Below are positions 48,911-58,038 of a DNA stretch of 60,043 nt, in pieces; within the stretch, counting starts at the first letter, position 1, and each line of letters starts with the position of its first letter. Source of the DNA: Candidatus Nomurabacteria bacterium. Its GTDB lineage: Bacteria > Patescibacteriota > Minisyncoccia > Phycocordibacterales > UBA9973. The notes beneath the pieces are model-generated. The model made no database searches and had not been told where the DNA came from. It saw nothing but the letters and a program-made list of their open reading frames with translations. The DNA lies in assembly GCA_943350445.1 (NCBI GenBank), contig CALRAE010000004.1, positions 1-60,043 of the forward strand, read 5' to 3'. A program made the translations under genes and the position numbers.

Positions 48911-50266
48911 ATGAATCTGAAACAACTTTGGAAAAACTGTCTAGTAGAAATAGAGGCAGGTATGTCAAAAGCAAATTTCAGCACTTGGTTTAAAAATACA
49001 GCTATTATAAAGGAGGATACGGGCATTATTTATATTGGGGTACCAAATGAATTTGTACGTGATTGGCTCATAAATAAATACCACAAACTCATTACTAAAA
49101 CTATTGCGAGCGCATATGAGAATATGCGTGCAGTAGAATATACTATTTCTAAAGTGGAAAATATGGGGGATGTGGATAAAGAAGAAGCACCAATAACTAG
49201 TGAAGCTCGCGTAAACAAAGAATTACCCCTTAAGGATCTATATATAAGCCCGGAGGACAACTTAAACCCAAAGTACCACTTTAACTCTTTTATCGTCGGA
49301 GGATTCAACGAGCTAGCTTATGCGGCTTCCCAGGCGATAATAGACAATCCGGGAACTAAATACAACCCATTTTTTATTTACGGGGGTACTGGACTTGGTA
49401 AAACTCACCTAATCCAAGCAGTGGGAAACTCAATAAAAGATAAATACCCAAACAAAAAGGCCCATTATATGACTTTGGAGAAGTTTGCAACCGATTTTAT
49501 AAGCTCACTGCAAAGCAATAAGGCAAATTCTTTTAAAGAAAAGTATCGAAAGTATGATCTACTGATCATAGATGACATACAATTCATTGGAAAAATGGAG
49601 AAAATTCAAGAAGAGCTTTTCCACACATTTAACACATTCCACGAAAACAACAAACAGATTATTTTTTCCTCTGATAAGCACCCAAATTACATACCAGAGC
49701 TAGCGGATCGCTTAAAATCTCGTTTTGCAGCTGGAATGATTGTGGATATATCCCAACCTGAATATGAATCTCGTCTTGCAATTTTAAAGGTAAAATTACA
49801 AGAACAAAATATTGATTTTGATAAGGAAATCGTAGAATACATAGCTTCTGCTGTTGATGGTAACATCCGCGAGCTTGAAGGAAGTTTAAACACACTAGTT
49901 TGCCAATATCGCTTGAAAAATAAGCCTTTAACTTTAGCAGAGGTTAAAAACTTACTAAAAAACAATATGCGACCAAAGAAAAATATGGCCATAAAAGATA
50001 TTGTTAAAATAGTAAGTGAACATTACAAGCTCGAAGAGGCATCCGTTTATGAAAAAACCAGAAAGAAAGAAATTGTGAAAGCAAGACAAGTAGTAATGTA
50101 TCTACTTCGAGAAGATTTCAATGTCTCTTACCCCTTAATTGGACAAAAGCTTGGTGGAAAAGATCATACAACAGTAATCCACTCTTGTTTAAAGATTAAA
50201 AACGATCTGAAAAACGACCCACAACTTTTACAAGAATTAGAGCAAATAAGAATTATGTTTAAGTAG
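48911..50266 (+). CDS. dnaA: Replication initiator DnaA
   Basis: YNPFFIYGGTGLGKTHL, DDIQF, QEELFHTFN, DHTTVIH. Confidence 0.98.
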   Translation: MNLKQLWKNCLVEIEAGMSKANFSTWFKNTAIIKEDTGIIYIGVPNEFVRDWLINKYHKLITKTIASAYENMRAVEYTISKVENMGDVDKEEAPITSEARVNKELPLKDLYISPEDNLNPKYHFNSFIVGGFNELAYAASQAIIDNPGTKYNPFFIYGGTGLGKTHLIQAVGNSIKDKYPNKKAHYMTLEKFATDFISSLQSNKANSFKEKYRKYDLLIIDDIQFIGKMEKIQEELFHTFNTFHENNKQIIFSSDKHPNYIPELADRLKSRFAAGMIVDISQPEYESRLAILKVKLQEQNIDFDKEIVEYIASAVDGNIRELEGSLNTLVCQYRLKNKPLTLAEVKNLLKNNMRPKKNMAIKDIVKIVSEHYKLEEASVYEKTRKKEIVKARQVVMYLLREDFNVSYPLIGQKLGGKDHTTVIHSCLKIKNDLKNDPQLLQELEQIRIMFK

Positions 50267-50396
50267 TTAGAAGTTATTAGACTTAAATTAAATTAGAAAC
50301 AACATAAATAACTTTATAAATTAATAATATCCTGAGTTATACACTTATCAACACACTTAATAATATTAATAAATTAAATATAAACAATATAAACAC
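50267..50396. other. oriC part 2: AT-rich dnaA-dnaN spacer with DnaA-box-like sites
   Basis: ttatacact and ttatcaaca near 50337-50353; very AT-rich. Confidence 0.6.
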
Positions 50397-51494
50397 ATGA
50401 AACTAGAATGCAAAATAGAAGAAATTAAAAATAGAATTTCTCAAGTGGAGAAAATAACTGGTAAAAATCTAACACTACCCGTTTTAAACTCTATACTTCT
50501 GATTGCTTCTGGTAAGTCATTAAAACTCAGAGCCACCAACCTAAGTCTGGGTATAGAAGTAGAAATTCCAACCAAAGTAGAAAAAGAGGGTATTGTGGCT
50601 ATTTCTGGAGCTATTTTGAATGGAATTTTCTCTAATGTTTTTCAAAATGAAAATGTCCTTTTGGAAAGCATGGATGGTAATTTATTTATTCAAACAAAGA
50701 AAAGTAAAATAAAACTAAAAGGTCAACCACACGATGATTTTCCAACGATCCCAAGGGTTGTGGGTGTAAGTTTTGACATAGATTCTAAAAAATTAATAGA
50801 TGGTATAAAGTCTGTTTGTTATAGTTCTTCAGTTTCTGATATAAAGCCCGAGATTTCAAGTGTTTTTATTTATACCGATGAAGACAGTCTAGTTTTTGTT
50901 TCCACGGATTCATTTAGATTGGCTGAGAAAAAAATAAAAGTGAAAGGATTTCCGGAAATTTCTGGCATACTTATTCCTTTTAAAAATATTGCTGAGATAC
51001 TTCGGGTATTCGGGGAATCCCCATCTTTAATAACAGTATGTTTTAATAAAAACCAAATCTCTTTTTCAGCAGAAAATATATATTTAACTTCACGCATTAT
51101 AGATGGAATCTTTCCGGATTATCGTCAAATTATTCCTAAAAATTCTACCACCAACGCAGTATTACTTAAACAAGACTTATTAAACTCTCTTAAGCTTTCA
51201 AATATTTTCTCAGATAAATTTAATCAAGTAAATCTTAAAATATCACCAAAGGAAAAGGTTTTCGAACTTTCTTCTGCTCACAATGATATTGGGGAAAATA
51301 AAACATATGTAGATGCTGCAATGACTGGAGAATCCATTGAGCTTGGCTTTAACTACAAGTATTTTCTAGATTGCTTTCAATCAATAACCACAGATAGTAT
51401 ATCCATAAGACTCTCTGGTTCACTAAGTCCACTTGTTATATCACCAGTTTCTGACACTTCCTTTATTTATCTTATAATGCCGATGAATAGATAA
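50397..51494 (+). CDS. dnaN: DNA polymerase III beta clamp
   Basis: ATNL, STDSFRLA, G.FPDY, LIMPM. Confidence 0.97.
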   Translation: MKLECKIEEIKNRISQVEKITGKNLTLPVLNSILLIASGKSLKLRATNLSLGIEVEIPTKVEKEGIVAISGAILNGIFSNVFQNENVLLESMDGNLFIQTKKSKIKLKGQPHDDFPTIPRVVGVSFDIDSKKLIDGIKSVCYSSSVSDIKPEISSVFIYTDEDSLVFVSTDSFRLAEKKIKVKGFPEISGILIPFKNIAEILRVFGESPSLITVCFNKNQISFSAENIYLTSRIIDGIFPDYRQIIPKNSTTNAVLLKQDLLNSLKLSNIFSDKFNQVNLKISPKEKVFELSSAHNDIGENKTYVDAAMTGESIELGFNYKYFLDCFQSITTDSISIRLSGSLSPLVISPVSDTSFIYLIMPMNR

Positions 51495-51496
51495 AG

Positions 51497-54013
51497 CTAT
51501 TGTTGTACTATAAATGTCATACTAGTTTCATTTCTATTATAAACACTATCGTAAGCCACTATTTTCAATTCGTTTTCTCTTTTTAAGTTGTCTAGATCTT
51601 TAGGAATAAATGAAAATGAAAATGGATACTGAGATGTCCCAAGATAAGTTTCATTTATAAACACGTCTACTTTAAGAAGGGGATAAGGTCCTGAGCTTGT
51701 AATTTTTAGAGTTATTTTTTGATTCGATGAATAAATATTTTTTATATTTGGTTCGATAATTGATACAACAGGTTTTAGAGCTACTATATGTATATCATCT
51801 AACATGGTCGGTCTATTATTTTCTGTGATTATTACATATTTTGCACTATTTTGTGCCCACCATGCTTGTATGGGTGTCTCCCAGTGTTCAAACTGTGAAT
51901 CACTTGATGGATTTGTTGGTGTTGGTCCAGTTGGATTTTTCTTGTCCACCCAATAAAGAATCGAATGCACATTAGTTATTACTTTCTCCATAGTTGTTTC
52001 CTTTGGTGTATTTTCAGTTGCTAATTTACCAGAAATTTTATCTATAAAGAAATTATCATTCCCTTGCCAGATTCCACGAAGTACCGGCTTTATTATTTTT
52101 GGATCAATTTCAAGGTTTGGTTTTTCAAATTTATCATCTGGTAGGGTTTTCAGTGCTTCATTTATAAATTTATTCCATATTGGTCCTGCCACAGCAGCTC
52201 CACCCTTTTTCATAGGTGTATTTTCATTATTACCAGCCCACACACCTACTGCAATCGAAGGATTATAACCCACAGTCCAAGCATCTCTGTTGCTGTTTGT
52301 GGTTCCAGTTTTTACAGCGACATCTTTTCCAGGTATATAAAGCACTGAATGAAATCCAAAAGTTGGTTGACGAGCTTTTTCATCCGAAAGAATATCAGTT
52401 ACAGTAAGTGCTGTGTTTTTTGATAATACTTCTTGGGGGTGTGGGCTAAATTCTTCTAAAATTTTACCATTTCCGTCTTCCACCTTTAATATTCCAGTAT
52501 GAGGATTCCTGACTCCACTATTCCCAAAAACCCCATAAGCTGAAGTTATATCAAGTAACGATACTTCGCCACCCCCTATAACTAGAGTTAGTCCATAGAG
52601 TCCAGTTTCACCCAGAGTGGTTATGCCCATGTCTTGAGCTGTTTTGAGTGATTCTGGCAGTCCCGCTAAATAAAAAAGTTTTATTGCTGGTATGTTGATT
52701 GATTGTGCTAATGCATCCCGCAGAGCTATTGGACCACGGAATTTGCCATCGTAATTATCGGGCATGTAACAATTCTTCGGGTCTCGTCCAGGCAGTGCTT
52801 TGCTATAAGCGTCACAGGTGCTCTGAAATTCTGTAGGTAGATCAAAGAGTACTGTGTCAGGTGTAAACCCCTTGTTGAAGGCTGTAGCGTAAATAAATGG
52901 CTTGAAAGAGGAACCTGGTTGTCTCGATGCAGTTGCTATGTTGAAGTTTCCATCTATTTCTTTATCAAAATAATTTCGAGAACCCACCATTGTTAATATT
53001 TGTCCTGTTTTTGGGTCTATCGCTACCAAGCTGGCGTTTTTTCCATTCCAATCTTTCTCGTTTTGCAAAGCGCCGTCTTTTACGATTTGCTCACCCTTTT
53101 GTTGCAGATTGTAATCAAGCGTTGTGGTTACTTTTAGTCCACCTTTTTCTACCATTTCTTTACCGTACTTTTGCTCTAAGTAATCTTTAATAAAGAAAAC
53201 AAAATGAGGTGCTCTTATTCCACCCATGGCCTGTGGAACAAAAGTTACCATTTCCCTTTTTGCGTTATCGTAATCTTCTTTTGAAATAAATTTGAGTTCC
53301 AACATTCTGGAAAGTACCAAATTTTTTCTAGCCTCCAACTTGTCCTTATTTTTTCCGTACGGAGACAGGGTGGTTGGTGATTGAGGAATTGAAGCCAGAC
53401 AGGCCGCCTCTGCGAGTGTCAAATCAAGCGGTTCTTTCCCGAAATAAGTATTACTTGCTTCTTTTATCCCATATATAGTTCCCCCATAGGGCGCTTCATT
53501 TAGATAATATTCTAAAATTTTTTCTTTCGGGATAGAATTATCAATTTTAATTGACAACACCCATTCTTTTATTTTTCTGGTGTAAGATTTTTCTGAAGTT
53601 AGGAGGGTATTTTTTACTAGTTGTTGGGTTATAGTAGAACCGCCTTGCGTACGTCCTGTGCTGAAAAAATTAGATAGCACTGCACGAATAATTGCGGTGA
53701 ATTTTATTCCGCCATGGTTGTAAAATTCTGAGTCTTCAATCGCCACTGTGGCATTTTTTATATTTATACCCATCAAATCTCCAGAGATGTCTGTTCTTTT
53801 TGTATCCTGGTGTATGTCGTAAAGCAAAACTTTACCTGTTTTGTCATATATTTTAGTTGAGTTACTAACTATTCTACCTTCAAATGAATGAAAGTCTGGA
53901 ATCTTTAAAGATGAAAGCCAAATAATAACTATTCCCACAATTAAAGCCATACTGCCAGCAGTAAATAATATTATATTTTTCCAAAATCTACGATTTTGGT
54001 GTAATTTTTTCAT
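51497..54013 (-). CDS. Class A penicillin-binding protein (PBP1A type)
   Basis: EDSEFY.H.G, GGSTITQQL, RQPGSSFKP, KTGTT; start placed at MKKLHQ. Confidence 0.95.
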   Translation of the reverse strand: MKKLHQNRRFWKNIILFTAGSMALIVGIVIIWLSSLKIPDFHSFEGRIVSNSTKIYDKTGKVLLYDIHQDTKRTDISGDLMGINIKNATVAIEDSEFYNHGGIKFTAIIRAVLSNFFSTGRTQGGSTITQQLVKNTLLTSEKSYTRKIKEWVLSIKIDNSIPKEKILEYYLNEAPYGGTIYGIKEASNTYFGKEPLDLTLAEAACLASIPQSPTTLSPYGKNKDKLEARKNLVLSRMLELKFISKEDYDNAKREMVTFVPQAMGGIRAPHFVFFIKDYLEQKYGKEMVEKGGLKVTTTLDYNLQQKGEQIVKDGALQNEKDWNGKNASLVAIDPKTGQILTMVGSRNYFDKEIDGNFNIATASRQPGSSFKPFIYATAFNKGFTPDTVLFDLPTEFQSTCDAYSKALPGRDPKNCYMPDNYDGKFRGPIALRDALAQSINIPAIKLFYLAGLPESLKTAQDMGITTLGETGLYGLTLVIGGGEVSLLDITSAYGVFGNSGVRNPHTGILKVEDGNGKILEEFSPHPQEVLSKNTALTVTDILSDEKARQPTFGFHSVLYIPGKDVAVKTGTTNSNRDAWTVGYNPSIAVGVWAGNNENTPMKKGGAAVAGPIWNKFINEALKTLPDDKFEKPNLEIDPKIIKPVLRGIWQGNDNFFIDKISGKLATENTPKETTMEKVITNVHSILYWVDKKNPTGPTPTNPSSDSQFEHWETPIQAWWAQNSAKYVIITENNRPTMLDDIHIVALKPVVSIIEPNIKNIYSSNQKITLKITSSGPYPLLKVDVFINETYLGTSQYPFSFSFIPKDLDNLKRENELKIVAYDSVYNRNETSMTFIVQQ

Positions 54014-54051
54014 TCTTTCAATTATAGCAGTAAATATGTTAGAATCCGAGT

Positions 54052-55272
54052 ATGAAATTGGTGAAACAAGAAGACCTCCGCAGTGGCGGGGCAAGTAAAA
54101 TTGAAGAGTTGCTTACTAGAGGAGTTGATAAAATATATCCTTCTAAAGAAGCGCTAGAAAAAGAGTTGTTTTCTGGTAAGAAATTAAAATTATATCAAGG
54201 TTTTGATCCTACGGGTATCAAATTACACCTTGGCCATATGGTGGGTTTTCGTAAGCATAGACAATGGCAAGACCTTGGCCATGAAGTTATTTTTCTCATT
54301 GGTGATGGGACTGGTCAAGCAGGAGATCCAACTGGGAAAAAGCAAACACGAGAGAAATTCTTTACTCAAGAAGAATTGCGTGCTAATTCCAAAGATTATC
54401 TTTCTCAGGCTTCTAAAATAGTTCGTTTCGATGGTCTAAATCCTATTAAAATACTTTACAATAGTGATTGGTTAAATAAATTAACCTTGGTGGATATTTT
54501 AAATATAGCTCAAAATTTTTCTGTCCAGCAACTCATCGAGCGAGATATGTTTCAAGAGCGTTTAAAAGCAGGGGAGTCTATAAATTTGCGTGAATTCCTA
54601 TACCCACTTCTTCAGGGCTATGATTCTGTTGCTATGGATGTCGACCTAGAGTTGGGTGGTTCTGATCAGACCTTTAATATGCTCACTGGACGTACTCTAA
54701 TGAAGAGCATGAAAAATAAAGAAAAGTTTGTGATGACTACACCCCTTCTTTCTGATTCTAAGGGTGTGAAGATAGGAAAAAGTGAAGGTAATGTAATTGG
54801 GCTGACTGATGCTCCAAATGATCTATTTGGTAAGATAATGTCGTTGGGGGATGATGCTATTATTCCGATGTTTACATTACTTACGGATGTTCCAATAGAG
54901 GAAATAAATAAATTTGACCTTAAAAAAGATGCGATGAGTTTAAAGAAACAAGTGGCTTCAATTATAATAACTCAGCTACATGATGAAGCTTCAGCCAAGT
55001 CAGCTGCAGACAGTTTTGCTAGTACTTTTCAAAAGAAAGAAATTCCCAATAAAATGCAGGAAGTAAAAGCTAAAGCAGGGGAGTTTCTGAGTGAGGTATT
55101 AGTCAAAAACAAAATTTTATCTTCAAAGAGTGAGTGGAGAAGGTTGGTTGCGGGGAATGCTATCCATGATCTGTCTATAAATAAAACTATCACTGATGTA
55201 GATTTAAAAATTTCCCAAGATCTGACTCTCAAAATAGGTAAGAAAAAGTTTATAAAAGTAATACTAAATTAA
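54052..55272 (+). CDS. tyrS: Tyrosine--tRNA ligase
   Basis: GFDPTG..LHLGH, YPLLQGYD, GGSDQ, KIGKS, S4 domain. Confidence 0.97.
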   Translation: MKLVKQEDLRSGGASKIEELLTRGVDKIYPSKEALEKELFSGKKLKLYQGFDPTGIKLHLGHMVGFRKHRQWQDLGHEVIFLIGDGTGQAGDPTGKKQTREKFFTQEELRANSKDYLSQASKIVRFDGLNPIKILYNSDWLNKLTLVDILNIAQNFSVQQLIERDMFQERLKAGESINLREFLYPLLQGYDSVAMDVDLELGGSDQTFNMLTGRTLMKSMKNKEKFVMTTPLLSDSKGVKIGKSEGNVIGLTDAPNDLFGKIMSLGDDAIIPMFTLLTDVPIEEINKFDLKKDAMSLKKQVASIIITQLHDEASAKSAADSFASTFQKKEIPNKMQEVKAKAGEFLSEVLVKNKILSSKSEWRRLVAGNAIHDLSINKTITDVDLKISQDLTLKIGKKKFIKVILN

Positions 55273-55298
55273 AACACCCCGTTCGGGGTGTTTTAATT
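55267..55298. terminator. Bidirectional terminator
   Basis: aattaaaacacccc-gttc-ggggtgttttaatt. Confidence 0.9.
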
Positions 55299-55436
55299 TT
55301 AGTGGAATCTATTTTCTGGATCGTCATCATCATCTCCCACAGGGAGGTCTGGCATATCTTCTGGGTCTACCGGTTCATCATCATCAGCTCCCATTTTAAA
55401 ATTGGCTCCTATTTCTTCATTTTCGTCATTACTCAT
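55299..55436 (-). CDS. 45-aa highly acidic microprotein (absent from the ORF track)
   Basis: MSNDENEEIGANFKMGADDDEPVDPEDMPDLPVGDDDDDPENRFH, ending at the terminator. Confidence 0.7.
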   Translation of the reverse strand: MSNDENEEIGANFKMGADDDEPVDPEDMPDLPVGDDDDDPENRFH

Positions 55437-55523
55437 ATATATTTTGAATTATTATTAATTTCTTACTTTGTACCAAAATATAAAAAGCTTCGCAATAGCA
55501 AAAAGACTTCTAGTGTGGATAAC

Positions 55524-55644
55524 TATCAAAAAAGATAGAAAATACTTTTTAAAACCATTGCGACCAGCTATCGAGCCGAGTATAGCAAAATGCGAGCACG
55601 CATTTATGTGCGGTTTTTAAAAATACTTTCTATCTTTTTTGATA
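55524..55644. repeat. Long hairpin element, family B, overlapping the ruvC stop
   Basis: Arms tatcaaaaaagatagaaa.. / ..tttctatcttttttgata; core cgagccgag plus inner hairpin aaatgcg-agca-cgcattt. Confidence 0.8.
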
Positions 55645-56109
55645 CGCAAAGGCAGTAAGTGCTATAGCAACAGCATCTAATTCATCGTCTGACTTTTTAG
55701 AATTATCTATTTCCACCAATATTTTTACCATTTTGATCATTTGCTCTTTGTTGGCTCTGCCATAGCCAGTTGTTGCTATCTTGATCTGTGGTGGAGAAGC
55801 TTCAAAAACTTTCAGTCCAGCTTGCGCAGCTTCATAGATGACCACACCCCTAGCTTCAGCCACATGCATGACTGTTTTTTGGTTGGTTGTTAAAAACAAA
55901 GTTTCGATTGCCAGAACTTCTGGTTTGTATTTTTTTATTATTTTTTGCACCTCTTCACCAATTAGATTTAATCGTTCAGAAAATTCTAACTTTGCAGAAG
56001 TTTTAAAACATTTGGAAAAAATAACTTTCTCACGTTTGTCATTTTTATTTTTCTCTAATATAGCCACCCCTAGTCTTTCAAACCCGGGATCGATTCCTAA
56101 AATGCGCAT
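55630..56109 (-). CDS. ruvC: Holliday junction resolvase RuvC
   Basis: ILGIDPG, AIETLF, EARGV, GYGRA.K, DELDAVAIA. Confidence 0.96.
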   Translation of the reverse strand: MRILGIDPGFERLGVAILEKNKNDKREKVIFSKCFKTSAKLEFSERLNLIGEEVQKIIKKYKPEVLAIETLFLTTNQKTVMHVAEARGVVIYEAAQAGLKVFEASPPQIKIATTGYGRANKEQMIKMVKILVEIDNSKKSDDELDAVAIALTAFAYQKR

Positions 56110-56235
56110 AAGTGTAAAGTTATAAAGTTCATAAAGTTATAAAGTAAATTATACCTTGAATCACTCTATTTTTACTACTTTAGAAACTTTCCACTTTTTA
56201 CTTTATAACTAACCTAGTTATCCACAGAGTTTTTA

Positions 56236-56264
56236 TTGACCTTGTGCTTATATAGGAATACGAT
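56236..56264 (+). promoter_or_regulatory. Sigma70 promoter TTGACC-N17-TACGAT with a DnaA box at 56218-56226
   Basis: Direct sequence; no credible CDS downstream. Confidence 0.65.
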
Positions 56265-56267
56265 TGA

Positions 56268-56446
56268 AAGAGTTGCTCTAGTTTGCAATCTTGGCTGCAA
56301 CTTGGGTGACCGCTACAGTGCCACTACAAAGGTGGGGTAGTAAACCACCAAGCTTAGCTTGGTAAAAAGGAGGTTAATAAAAGTCGAACGAGTACTCAAT
56401 TCATGGTTGGTAGGGGATGCATCGGCATCGCATCTCCTACCAGCCA
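56268..56446 (+). ncRNA. 6S-like RNA candidate
   Basis: End pairing gagttgctc/gagtactc, central unpaired region, long apical stem, then a 17-bp hairpin. Confidence 0.5.
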
Positions 56447-56576
56447 GATTTTCAGAATCGCCCCGTGCCCCGGCCCTGGGACCCCGCTTGGGGGTCCCAG
56501 GGCTCCATCAAGTCGCTGACGACTTATTCTTTATAGAAAAGTTCCAGCGACTTTTCTTTTGGCATTTTTTTAAAAT

Positions 56577-57599
56577 TTAGAGTAATTTTTCTTTTTTTTC
56601 TTTAAAATCAAAATCTAGATGGTCGTAAGCTTTTTTTGTCGCCACGCGTCCACGAGCTGTACGTTCGAGGAGTCCAAGCTGGAGCAAGTATGGCTCAATG
56701 ACTTCTTCTACTGTGGCTTCTTCTTCAGACATCGCCGCCGCCATCGTCTTGAGTCCGACTGGTCCGCCATTAAATTTTTCAATAAGTATTTCCAAGAATT
56801 TTCTATCAGAAGCATTGAGTCCGATGTCATCTACCGCCAGCATGTTTAGGGCCTCTTTTACTATTTTATGGTCTAGGCTTTTTTTGTTGTCTTTCTTGCT
56901 CACCTGAGCAAAATCACGAGCTCTTTTTAGAAAGTAGTTTGCAGTGCGGGGAGTAAACCGGCTTCTCTTGGCAATCTCTGCGAGCGCATCAGGCTCCAAA
57001 GTTATGTCTAAAAGTTTCCCTGATCTCTCGATGATTTTTGCTATCTCTTCATTGGAATAAAATTCCAAACGGAAGACTCCACCAGAAAACCGAGAACGAA
57101 GGGGAGAGGAGACAAGAGCTACGCGAGTCGTCGCTGCTATCAGTGTAAAAGGTGGCAAGTCGAGCTGAATGGTTCTAGCTGAGGGTCCCTTGCCGATGAT
57201 TATATCCAGAACCCCAGACTCCATAGCTGGGTACAGTATTTCTTCCACCATTTTGTTGAGTCTGTGTATTTCATCTATAAAAAGTATGTCTCCAGGGGCA
57301 AGGTTGGTCAAAATAGAAGCCAAATCACCGACTTTTTCAATAGCAGGGCCAGAAGTTATCTTCATCTGCCTGCCTGTTTCTTTGGCTATGAGGTGCGCCA
57401 GGGTTGTTTTGCCTAATCCAGGTGGGCCATAAAATAGGATGTGTTCAGGGATGTGTCCACGCTCTTCCGCTGCCCGTAATAATATTTTAACATTGTCTTT
57501 TATGTGTTTTTGTCCGATGTATTCATCCCAGCGGGTAGGGCGCAGTGTTTGGTCTAGGACGACATCTTCAGTTTTTTCCTTGGTTTTTGAGCTTGACAT
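56577..57599 (-). CDS. ruvB: Holliday junction helicase RuvB
   Basis: LRP..WDEYIGQ, GPPGLGKTT, FIDEIHRL, GGPVGL. Confidence 0.97.
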   Translation of the reverse strand: MSSSKTKEKTEDVVLDQTLRPTRWDEYIGQKHIKDNVKILLRAAEERGHIPEHILFYGPPGLGKTTLAHLIAKETGRQMKITSGPAIEKVGDLASILTNLAPGDILFIDEIHRLNKMVEEILYPAMESGVLDIIIGKGPSARTIQLDLPPFTLIAATTRVALVSSPLRSRFSGGVFRLEFYSNEEIAKIIERSGKLLDITLEPDALAEIAKRSRFTPRTANYFLKRARDFAQVSKKDNKKSLDHKIVKEALNMLAVDDIGLNASDRKFLEILIEKFNGGPVGLKTMAAAMSEEEATVEEVIEPYLLQLGLLERTARGRVATKKAYDHLDFDFKEKKEKLL

Positions 57600-58038
57600 T
57601 GGTATTACAATATGCTATACTATCCAAATAGTAGGTTTATTAACAGACTATGCACATGGCTATACACATTATAGCATTTGCTTTGTTTTCTTTATAGTAA
57701 AATAGTTTTAGAGGTTCTTTGCAAGAAGGCATTAATCTCTAAGCAATCAGCCACCGGTTATACGGATTTGCATAGGACGTTCTGGCGCTTTAATTAGTTG
57801 CTGGGTCTATCCTCTAATAATTTGTTACTCTTGGAGCCTAGCTTCAAAAGGATTGTTTAGAGATTAGTGCTTTTTTCTTTTAGTTTTCACAAGAGTCGTT
57901 CTTGCGAATTACTTTATAAGTCAAATACTAGCGAGAACTGTTCTAGCTAGTCTAATTTTTGTTTTTTAATCTCTGCTAACTTGATTACAGAATTAAAATC
58001 AGTCTTAGAAACAAGACCAGACTCGGAAATAAATTTCT

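Noticed and set aside
56359-56580. 73-aa ORF between ruvC and ruvB as ruvA
   Set aside because: Wrong strand, no RuvA features, and it runs through hairpin DNA; ruvA is not in this window
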